A DNA stretch of 64,000 bases from positions 49,848,001-49,912,000 of the forward strand of contig NW_025963779.1 in assembly GCF_023055435.1 (NCBI RefSeq). The letters are read 5' to 3'. The notes beneath the pieces were generated by a model. The model was not told the DNA's origin. It saw only the letters and a list, made by a program, of their open reading frames with translations, and made no database searches. This DNA is from Haliotis rufescens. Taxonomy: Eukaryota. The translations under genes and the position numbers were made by a program. Positions 1 to 11,700 of this stretch are shown piece by piece (position 1 is the stretch's first letter; each line of letters begins with the position of its first letter).

Positions 1-212
1 GGTTCGGCTCCACCGTCCATTCTGAAATAGGCAAAATTACGCACCATGAGATTATGGATCACACATGGCAAGAGATGGTACTTGTTCTCATACACATGCA
101 TAGAATATGGCGATGTTAACCTGTATATAAGCAGAAATAATAGTACTGACTTTCCTGAAACGTGTGCAGTTCTGATGACCTGATGCGATAAACAGTCATT
201 TTTTCCTGCCAT
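1..212 (-). CDS. Possible 5' coding exons of an unidentified gene running off the left edge
   Basis: Minus-strand ATG at 212; exon 212-151 ends AA|gtcagt; acceptor tttcag at 22 and exon 21-1. The phases join to give MAGKNDCLSHQVIRTAHVSGKMDGGAEP. No recognisable domain. Confidence 0.35.
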   Translation of the reverse strand, partial: MAGKNDCLSHQVIRTAHVSGKSVLLFLLIYRLTSPYSMHVYENKYHLLPCVIHNLMVRNFAYFRMDGGAE

Positions 213-284
213 TTCTCCTGAAAAAGGGTTTTATCATTAAGAATTGTACACTCAAATATCTAGTGGTTTCTTTTAAATATGTGT

Positions 285-500
285 TTGTTGTTTAACATTA
301 TATTCCAGCTATATACGGCGGTCTGTTTGTTTATAATGGAATCTGGACCAGTCATTCAAGTGATTGACATCATGAGCATCGATCTACACAATTGGGATAG
401 GATGACATGTATCAACGAGCCTGACCACCAGACCCCGTTAGTCCTCTTACCACAGGATGGGCCAGTTCTAACACGGGTCTCCAAAAGACGTCAGATGTGA
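285..500 (-). mobile_element. SINE-like interspersed repeat, family 1
   Basis: Matches 62573-62803, 58995-59205, 7412-7640 and 16180-16290 (aatattccagctata..ggtctgt..tctggaccag..catgagcatcgatc..aattgggata..cctgaccac..cccgttagtc). Confidence 0.8.
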
Positions 501-2744
501 AATATTAAATGTATTATCATCAAGGACCGGTATTATTATCATTCAAGAACTAAGAATGAGCTCTGCACCATACACGTGCTCGTGGGCATCATCTCAGTAC
601 CAAAAGTCTTTGAGCCTTCATCCCATATTTAGATGACGCGTGGGACAACTGACACGTTCACTGCATATAGCCCGTCAAACTTAAACTAAAACGTCACTAG
701 TAGTGACAGGCTATAGCCAGGTGATGTGACACGATAATAATAGAAACATTACAGAAACTACTTCAACAGATTCTGATTTACCTGTATATATATATAAACT
801 GATGGCGGAACCATTGCCTTGCTATATGACGTCACGCACAATGACCTCCAATGTCATAATGGATGATGTTCACTTAAACTGAATCGAAATACCCCAGAAA
901 AGCAACAAATCAACATGCATGATTTACAGTATAATGTATACATATGTATATAACCAGATACACTGAAATATATGACTTAATCTGCACTTCGTGCATGGGA
1001 AAGTTAACATCGAAACACTTACATGCGGATTCTCTGTTATCGCTGAAGTTGGATTTATATTTGTGCGAGTGACTGGTATTTCCATGTTTCTATTATTAGA
1101 TCAGTCATGTGACTTATTTCGGCATGTATAATGACCTGATTATATCACTCCGCGACAGGCTTGGTATTGACTGGGACGGTTGTTGGAAGGCTGCCAGGCG
1201 GACTCTCGCTCTAGATTGGTTACGTCTGCGCTAGGCCTGGATTTTCCAACATACTTCCTTGTAAATAGGTTTCTCGAGGAATTGAGTCACGCAGATATTT
1301 TATGACCTTCACCTCTGTTCTTGTAGTTTCTCTATTCAGCCCAACACGCTTGCCCTATTTATATACTGGTATATACGCATGTTTATCTTCGGAATCGTGT
1401 ACTACCTCTAAACATAATATGTCTAAACGAGACTATAAAAAATATGAATAATATCATACTTTCTAAAATAAAACTATAATTTCACCAGAATGTCGTTAAT
1501 AGAGGACAAACAAATGTATTGTATCATCGCCATACAGTTTTTAAACAAGGTGAGAAAAGGAATTTAAAGTTTGAAGGAAACCCGAGCTATACACTAGAGC
1601 GTGATGCAAGGGAAACAACTCTATAGTTCTAATGGCTGGTGATTCTCAGTTCACCCGGTCTTCCAACTACCGTCGCATAGCCCTAGCCGTGCTGTGAGCG
1701 ACAACCGCCATGATAAGTATCCTCAATCTGTGTATTGTTCTCTTATCCGGAGATATGATTTTGAGCAGGATGCACGCCACAACATTCGTGACAAAATAAT
1801 TAATAAAAACTGCCAGCTTGCATCTGCAAGGACAAGATAGCTGTGGTTGCCGGTTGCACACAGAACTCGTGTAATACTAATACAAGACGTCTGCACGTGA
1901 TCTGTATTGGCCTTTTTGTTAGCTTTGTACTGAAAACAAACAATACGAAATACAAACAATACGAAATTTATTTACACATTTACAATTCAGATCATGTACA
2001 CATGAATATTGGTCATGGTGACATCGTTTTTGAGTGATATGAAACACCCAAATCATCTTATTAGATGCCAGTAAGGACATACATGATGATGTAAACTTCA
2101 TTGAGAAACAGTCACACTCGTCTTTTTCAACTGTTACATGACGCTTGTTTGTCTCATTGTCAATGTATTCTTGACTTTCATACATGTGACATATTCATAT
2201 CATCAACAAATAAAGTCAAATGTTGCGACCATCCCCACACTGACATATCCATCAATGTTTCACAGCTCCGGGGTCCTCATGGTCTGTATCTAACTGTTCT
2301 GAATTCTGAATTCTTTTTCACATGAAAAAAATACTGATATACCTTTACATACAATGTAGACATAATACAGACAGATAGACAATGCTCAGATAAACAGGAC
2401 AGAGTTGTCCAGCATTCTGAATTTATTGCTTGTATTCACAGTACATGGGATAGTGTGGTCACATCTATCTCGGTAAATGTTGAAGATGATCGCAACAGCA
2501 CATTCATGTTGACAATCAACAAATCAGTGCTGCTGATTCCAGAAGACTAGATGGAGGTGCCATCATTTCCTTGAAATACAAACAAAATAATCCCACATGA
2601 ATAGACATAGATTGCTTGTACATTGAGGCCTCATATCACTGGCAAACACGTTTCCAAGTATATCTGTGGTCGCGTGCATAGAATTCAATGTTTGCTACAT
2701 GGCACTCTCAAAAATGATGTCCTAATAATAAGCAGAAACATGCT

Positions 2745-5700
2745 TTATGAAACAGCTATCCTCAAAGCACCGCATCCTTGCTTCTGTATGCTACCCCAAT
2801 CTTCTGATCAAACTGAAAGAGACAAAAGAATTATCATAACCAAAATAAATAATGCGTCACTTGTAATACACACTATGCCATGTCATTTTCACTATTACCA
2901 CACAGAATACCTAATATATCTACGTTATCTTATTATCTTTACTAACTTCTTCAACTTGAAATGGTGTCATTATGAGGTAGCCCGGCCACCATTCAAATCA
3001 ATCATTTTGTGTTCCTAATTCCGTATAGAATAATTACAGTTCTTCCTACCAAAACATTTCCGAACGACTGTTGTAGTACCCTTATCCATAGACTTCTCGG
3101 TTAACTTCGTAAAGGAGACTCTGAAACTAAATTGTAAATAAAATAAAGATTCACCACTTGGAGTGACGTGAAATTAATGAATAAAACAACTAACACATGT
3201 CATCATGTTTGAACATAACATGCAATTGTACTGTGTCCTTGTATGTTTATTCAGATAGAAATACTGTATCATTCAGGTAACATTATAGGTTACTCTGTTT
3301 CTCAATCTCATTAAAATCAGATCTTAGTTCTCGCTACCGCTAAACAAAGATCTGAGGACATCCCATTAGGGGTCACGTCAGAACGACCTTTCATCCGACC
3401 AATCAAAGCGTCGCTTACCAGATCATGAAAGTGACAGTCGGAATGTGATTTCTGATCTTGCAACCTCGAAAACTTTTACACGGGGTATTCCGAACGATAG
3501 TTACGGGCTTGAGGACTGAATCCATACAATCTAGACCATCTATTAGCTATTCCAGAATGTTTTTTTGTTCAGGTTTCAATTTTTTTATCGAGAATTTGTC
3601 AAAATATGTTTCAAAGCGTAGTCGCCAATTTGAAATTAGTGTCGTAAAGCACGAGAAAGCTGCCTTCTGATTGGCTAATGTGGACTTCTTGTCAGTCATT
3701 TCAAAGTTCGCGCAAGGTTAGTCTGACGTGACCGTAATGGGATGTCCTCAGATCTTTGTTTAGCGGTAGCGAGAACTAAGATCTGATTTTAATGAGATTG
3801 CTCTGTTTCTCGCAATGTCAATCTCGTTGTGATGCCATAAAGAAGAATAAAGGGGTGCAGATGTCACAAACCTTCTTCCATCTCTCTCGACAATACATGA
3901 CCCATTTGGCCTCTTCATGTAAGATGCCTTTAATTTGGCATCAGTGACTTCGGAATAAGGACGCCATACACACTGGATCTCATCAAACCACTGCCACTCG
4001 TATGCGCCTTGGTCTTCTGTATAAAACATGGGGGGATGACTGGATTTATTCTATGAGGTTAACAATCACCTGTATCTGTATTTCCACATATCCCTTTGAA
4101 AAGGTTAAATGTAGGGGGCTGGGTGATGGAAATAGGTGTTGTTTTATTGGTGTCACATATGAACACGAGAAGATATAACTTTTATCGACGAGTGTTGATA
4201 TAATTGTATTTGATATAAAAAAGACACAAGGATCAGATTCTATTTATCTAACATTATTCTTCCAACTGGTTCTGTTGTAGACAGTAATGAGCAGTGTGTT
4301 TGTGTAAAAAGCACTGCTAACAAGGGGCCTGTTCCACAAAGCGATCTTAGTGCTATGATTGTCGTTAGCCTATGTTAAAGTATGGGAGTTACGATCATCT
4401 TAGCGCTAAGATCGTTTTGTGGAACGGGGCCCTGCTTCAGTAGCGAAAGATTAGGGATGTCATTTGATTGTGACGTCATGGTAACCGATGACGTCACAAT
4501 GGTCTTTAAAGAATTGTGATGCAATTGCATTTCAGCGATATCATTTAGGAGAGATTTCTTGATCTTATCCAAGGATATGTCCTCGGGGGTCAGGTTTGGA
4601 TGATAAGTTATATATTTACGGTGGTAAAGACCGGCCCAATTTCCCAATTATTTCTAAAACTGGCAAAACGAAGTTATTTGAGTAAGAGGTTTGTGTATTT
4701 TCTTCTGGAACAAACTCACCATGTGATGGTCTGAGTGTTGCGTCTGCATCTGATGCGTTTTGTCTTGGGGTCGCTACATACTGCAAGGGAACCCTGTGGG
4801 GGCAGAATAAGAATATCAGATACAATCCCCAAAATACTGCATGGACATATGCAAAAGTCCTGTTTAATCGTAATCAGACCTACCTGATTAAAACATCGTA
4901 TTTGTCGTTTTCCCCATATCTATAATCGCAAATGCTTTGATTCTCCCAGATGACCTGAAATAGTTTTAAAGTCGATATATACATGTATGAATATAACAAG
5001 ATCTACTTGAGTACACAACCTAATAAAAGATCCTACGAATCCATGTGGGATTGTAGCCTTAAATATTTAACTTTTGAAACATAAACATTTACCTTCAACT
5101 GATTGGATGAAGGATGTTTATATTCAATTCTTTCACAAGATATCATTTTCGTCTCAGCAACACTCTTCTTTGAGAGCTTTCCACAATGTTATCGCATGTA
5201 TGACATGACGTACCAGTACTCTGCCTTCCATTTTTCTTATGACAGTCCCCAACAGGCCATCACAGCTGCTCGCTTCCATGTCAGGCCCTGTTTGAAGAAC
5301 AAAGAAGCGTACTCAGATGATGATGTTAAGACATGTTTATTCAGAATGAAAACTGCTTTAACTGGAAACGTGCCATGCTGTGTCATGCTGTCCAAAGCTG
5401 TAAGCACATACACAATACATCATATGTACCTCCGTGATATACCTGTACTCCTACACTGATGTGTTCCACTCCATCTGGCAGGCGATTAAGTCTCCTGGAT
5501 GCTAGTCTGGGTATATTTCTCACCTCTTTGTACCTGCATTCCTATACTGATGTCTTCCAATCCATCTGGCAGGCGAGTAAGTCTCCTGGATGCTAGTCAG
5601 GGCATATTTCTCACCTCTCTGTACCTGCATTCCTATACTGATGTGTTCCACTCCATCTGGCAGGCGAGTAAGTCACCTGGATGCTAGTCTGGGCATATTT

Positions 5701-8700
5701 CTCACCTCTCTGTACCTGCATTCCTATACTGATGTGTTCCACTCCATCTGGCAGGCGAGTAAGTCACCTGGATGCTAGTCTGGGCATATTTCTCACCTCT
5801 CTGTACCTGCATTCCTATACTGATGTGTTCCACTCCATCTGGCAGGCGAGGTTGGTCATCCACGAGTAACACATCGTACTGTTCGTTTGCACCATATCTG
5901 TACCAGTGGCATTGTCCGTTGTCCCATAGCACCCACATGTACGCTACAAAAATGTATTGGTTCAGTGTGACTTGCCCCAGATAGGTCAACAAAACGTTAA
6001 AACCTTTGTTCTTCAACTAACAGTAACAAACACACTGAAAGCACAAAATAAAAGTGGTCACTTTTTTCCTAAATCCCAACAACAAAAAGTATTGCTAAAT
6101 ATTCCTCTGGATATATATAATTTGTATTCAATTTGGTTCCCAATAACAAATGCAAATAACATGTTGTATGTAAAGTATTTAAGTAAACGAGAAGAAGATA
6201 AAACTTTATATGACTGAAATGAGAAGTACGTTTTATGAACTATGTGTTTCGTACTTTCTATCAGATGGTTCAACCATGATAGTCAGTACCAGTCCACACA
6301 CCTCCCTTGATGGCATGGTTGACGATTGTCCCTGTCCCCTCACAATCTTCGTTCTTCCACTGCCAGTCTGGGCCTCGGATCACTCTTTTCCCAAGGGGTG
6401 GGAGGTCATCCTTCACATTGACGTTGTCAAACATGTTCGTAGCTCCAAAATCCATGTCAAGATTATCGTTGACTTTCTGTATAACAGCTGTCTAGTCGTA
6501 ATGCAAAAACAAGTACCAATGCAATATCTAGATTAGGGAACATAACATATTGAATAGATATACATCATTTGGGGCATGAGTAGGCTTAAGAAGCTTCATG
6601 TATATAATATGTAGACCAAAATCTATAACTTTAGACCCTTCAGACGGGTAGAAACCTGTTCTTGCTCACCAGGGGATTCGATAAATATATATCACGTTAT
6701 GGATCCACCGTGTAAATAAACGTTCTATAGTCATGGAACAGTTGGCTTGTTTCTTTTGAGACATTTTGTACAAAAGAACATGATAGCAATGCGTATGATT
6801 AAATACTCTAGACGACCAGTGACATGCAACTGTAATATCTGACAATGTACATGAGCTTGGAATCCATTAATGACCGGATTATGTTATTAAATTACTTTTT
6901 CGGCACTTGACAGATCCGGGCAAACAGCGTCAACAATGAGGTCAATGTCCTTTACTCTGGTCAGTCGCATGGTACTGTCCATTTCTACAAATTTGATGAT
7001 TTGTGCAACGAGGATCTGAAAGTATAGTCATTCACATTAATAATTCATGTGTGCGTGCGTGTTAGCGTGTGTGCGTACATGTATAATCATGATTCGTTTT
7101 TACGCAAGCGTTATATAATTTTATAAATAGGATATTGACATACCATGATGTACTCCCTTTCAAGTTCAATACTAGGAGTGAGTGAGTTGGGTTTAACGCC
7201 GCTTTTAACAGTATTCCAGACGTATCACGGCGTGTCTGCTAATGTGGGAGGCAGGTCTTAGACGTTTACCACTTTGGTGAAACCCACGAGCACGGGTATG
7301 GTGCCGACAAACATAATCGGTGCGAACCGGGTTTCGAACCCACAATCATAGGTTTCTGACTGCCCAAGGGACGCAACTATGCACAGCGAATTGCGGCGCC
7401 TTAGACGACTGTCCATGTTAGAATTGGTCTTCAGCAACCCATTCTTTTTGTAAGGGGTTAGCGGGATCGGTTCGTCAGGCTCGCTGACTTGGTTGATGCA
7501 TGCAATCGTATTCCAGTTGCGTTGATCGTTCTTCCATGATATCAGTCACTGGATGGTCTGTTCCACACTCGATTATTTAAAGACCGTTGTCATACTGTTG
7601 GAATATTTCTAAGTGCAGCGTTAAAAACAAACAAACAACTAAACCACAGTTTACTCACTTGTATTCTCTGGTGGTTGCATATTGTCTTGACATCATGAAC
7701 AATCATTCCATTACACACATCAGCAGTCGACTGCATCATTTTCTGAAAACGATTTAGTGGCCAGATAGATATATGATAGGTAAAATATGATAGACAAAAT
7801 AGCAGGGCCCTAAACTAATACTGAAGAATATACTTCATGGAGAAACATTTTCCCCGTTAAAATAGATCCCCGGCACTGCTGGTCACAGATTCGATTACAT
7901 TGAACTGGCTGGTCGTGATCAATGGCTTGGCTGGTTTCCTGTCGTCAATCGTTGATGTTTTCATTTACAGGTTTGCCTGGTCCAGACTCAACTATTTCAA
8001 GACCGTTGTGATATATATGGATTATAGGTCACAAGTTTCACAACGAACAATTAATCTACAAAACATATACATAAACCTTTTCTGCAAGTCCATGCGGTAC
8101 AAATATGATTGGGCTGACAACGCGTCCCGTTATAGGGTTCATCACCATCTGCATCAGTGTCGCCATAAAGTGACGGAATCCCTGCATCGAGAAACTTGTA
8201 CAGTTATGACAGAAAACAAAACTCCACACATGAACTTGATCAAACGTGCGCACGGTACATATTGATAGATATACGATAAATGTAAATTAAATCCAGCCTA
8301 CTTTGTATACAATTGTACAAAAAAGCTATCATAATACAAAATATAGATTATAGAAAGTGATTCTATGATTATATTATAACATCCTTCGATTACTTAAACC
8401 ATTAAAAAAATAAAAAAATGATAACGTCCTTAGATTATTGGCCTACTGTACACACTTATTGTAACATAGGAAATCTTTACTGAGACCTAAAGATCATGAT
8501 TTTATCATCTCTTTACTTATATTATGGCAATGTTGTTGCTGTGTTGGCATTCCTGAAATAACGTACTGGGTATCAGGTGCAAACGTCAATATTATTCATA
8601 TTGATTGCATGTAACTATATATTCCCATTCCATGCAATCTTCTTATTAGAGAATGAGTGAGTTGGGTTTAACGCCGCTTTTAACAGTATTCCAGTTATAT

Positions 8701-11700
8701 CACGGCGTGTCAGCTTAATGTGGGAGGAAAGCCCGAGGTGATGCTGGTCTCAGACGTTTACCACTCCGGTGAAACCCACGAGCACGGGTATGGTGCCGAC
8801 AAACCTTGAAACATAATCGGTGCGAACCGGGATTCGAACCCTCAATCATAGGTTTCTGACTGCCCAAGGGACGCAACTCTGCACAGCGAATTGCGGCGCC
8901 TTTGACGACTGGGCCACCCGTGTCCCCAATATTCTTATTAAAGAAATACACATTTTGAGCATTAAGTCAACATGTTTTCTCTGGAAGAAGCCACTTTTCT
9001 CTGTTTTCACAAAATGTTAGAGAACATGTACAACATGGCCAGATTTGTTTGTAAAACCTGCGGCAAAACTATTTTTCCCAGTATTTCTGGAGCCAATATC
9101 AAATGGTCAGTGTAAAACATCATCATCTGATAGTTGGCAACAAGCAGCGAATCCAAGGCCTTTCTCTAAGCATGGAGTACCTGTGTGTCCTGTATTTGGT
9201 CCAGTTTGTTAGATGTTATTCCATCTGTCACGACCACGATGCGAGGTGGAACTTTCAGATACCCTCCGAAATCACAAACACCTCCTGCATTGGAATGTTC
9301 AATATAGATCAATCATGATGTTAATGTTGTGTGACGTTCGCACGTTTTGTGTATCAGTGGGTTGTATGAACATGAAATTGATGCGTGTTATAATGGGGAG
9401 AATGTAAGTTTGTTTTTGTTAATCGGATAATAAAATCAAGTTCAACTTACCTTTAGTAAGAGCTGCTACACAGACCAGCATGTAGTGGAGAAAGGGTGAG
9501 TATCCGCCGAATTCCATATCCTCTATTGTAATAAATATGAATACCAATCATATACACATATATTAGTATTAACATAATTAATTCTACACCTTAAAGTATA
9601 AACATTATTATTTTCTCACAAAGGTTTATCCGTATCTTTCTTACAAAGGTTTAATCCGTATCTTTCTTACAAAGGTTAAATGCGTATCTTTCTTACAAAG
9701 GTTTAATCCGTACCTTTCTTACAAAGTTTTATCCGTATCTTTCTTACAAAGGTTTAATCCGTATCTTTCATACAAAGGTTTAATCCGTATCTTTCTTACA
9801 AAGGTTTAATCCGTATCTTTCATACAAAGGTTTAATCCGTATCTTTCTTACACAGGTTTAATCCGTATCTTTCTTACAAAGGTTTAATCTGTATCTTTCT
9901 TACAAAGATTAAATCCGTACACGATATTATGATTTGACCGAAAACTTTCTCTTCAAAATTTACTATAAACTAATGGTAATCAATGGTATCAAGCATGAAC
10001 TATTTTGTTTTTGTCAAACATGTTTTTTCAGGATAACACCATGGTACTAGACAACAAGACGCCTGTTTCTACATTCTTGTTGACACAAGAAATAGGTCAT
10101 TAGACCGCAGACACCAGCATCAACGTAAGCCATTACACAGTTATCACATCTAATCATGTAAGCCTTGACCTTGACCCTTGACATGTGTAAAACAAATTTC
10201 CCTCACGGTTTCAAAAATAGTGCTGCGACGGCCTTCAAATTCTGACTAAACCTAAAAGAATCTCAATTTTCTTTGGTTTCCTAATTAATAGCCATTATAC
10301 CTTTAAGACCATCAATTAAACAGTGTCATGCACCTTAAGAATAATGAACGAAGAAGGTTTCTACATAGCTCCACCAAAACTCGTTGTATGGAGGTGCTTT
10401 GTTAATGCTATGATGTAGGTAGGAAACGTTTCCCAGCGGTACATCAGTATCCTCACCTACTGCATCCCTGAGGCTTTCATAGTCATTTGAAAAGTGATGA
10501 AGTACCCCGGGCCTTCCTCCTAGAGTGAGAAGGCAAATATTTTCTTCCAGACCGAATTCCTCGGCGTTGTTCTCGGTACCTTGAAGACAATAATTATATG
10601 TTTTAGGCAATGCGATTTCCGTATATTGAAAAATCCTACTGTACGTTATAAACTACTTGTTCTGTCAGTACAGAATTATTTAGAAAAGAAAATAAGAATA
10701 CTTAACACTTGTTTATATAGTGATAGAAACAAAATAGCTATAAAACACGTAAAATGTGTGACTATGTATGAATAATGCAATATTCACTTATCAATTAGCA
10801 TATTGTTTTATGTGTAAGTTCATTGAATGAAATTTTCATAAAACATACATAATTTATATTATGTAGACATATATACTCTGCACCACTACAACCAAGGAAA
10901 ACCAATCAGCGGTGGAGGCATACCGTCTATGAAGCTGTGTGCAATGCTCTGCAGCCTCTGCAAACCAAGCCTCCCCATGTCACCAGAGTTATCCAAACAT
11001 AACAATGTGTCTGTTCCCTTGTCTGTTTTTGGAACAGCAGAATTTTCTGCAAACATAAAAAAGATAGTCACAGCATTCTACCACTTGCTTCAGGACACGC
11101 CAAGAATAATATTTCTCCCTGTACTATTTCATTTCCAGATAAGGGCGTTGGAGTAGCCTTGTGGTTAAATCGTTCGCACGTCACGCCGAAAAACGGGTTC
11201 TATTCCCCACATTGGTACATATACAATGTGTGAAGCCCATTTCTGGAGCCACCCGCCGTGATATTGCTGGAATATTGCTAAAAGCGTTGTAAAACCATAC
11301 TCGTTCATTCATTTCCAGATGAGCGAGAACGTCCACTCACCACCATGGAGAATGTGCTCCACATCAGACCACCTGTTACCGCTGCCCTCCTCTATAACTT
11401 CCCTCAGCTGCTGCAGGATACTCATCGCATGGCCGTCAGATTCAGCAGTTGTTTTGGATACCGTTATATCGAAACTGAAATTGATTACAAATAAGCATGT
11501 CATAATACCATACCTCCACACAGACTGCCATACCTCCACACAGAAGCAATTGGCTTAATACATAAAGCTCCTTTAGTCCGGACTGATGCCGATTTACTAG
11601 CCCAATGCAATACCATACCCCCGTTTAACATGAATACCCCACTCAGACACAGTATACTGATCCCGAGCCGACCAGTCCTTGTTTTAGCCCCTTGACGCCG

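Noticed and set aside
2808-2810. Selenocysteine TGA in the last exon of gene A
   Set aside because: No SECIS recognised, no aligned Cys in paralog B, and simpler explanations exist.
5702-6455. Calling gene A or B mind bomb, HERC2 or deltex
   Set aside because: No ZZ, ankyrin, RING, HECT or RCC1 domains seen; only the MIB/HERC2 and WWE modules are shared.
8815-8925. Functional tRNA gene
   Set aside because: The acceptor stem is poor, the head continues into a shared SINE body and tail, and several diverged copies exist.
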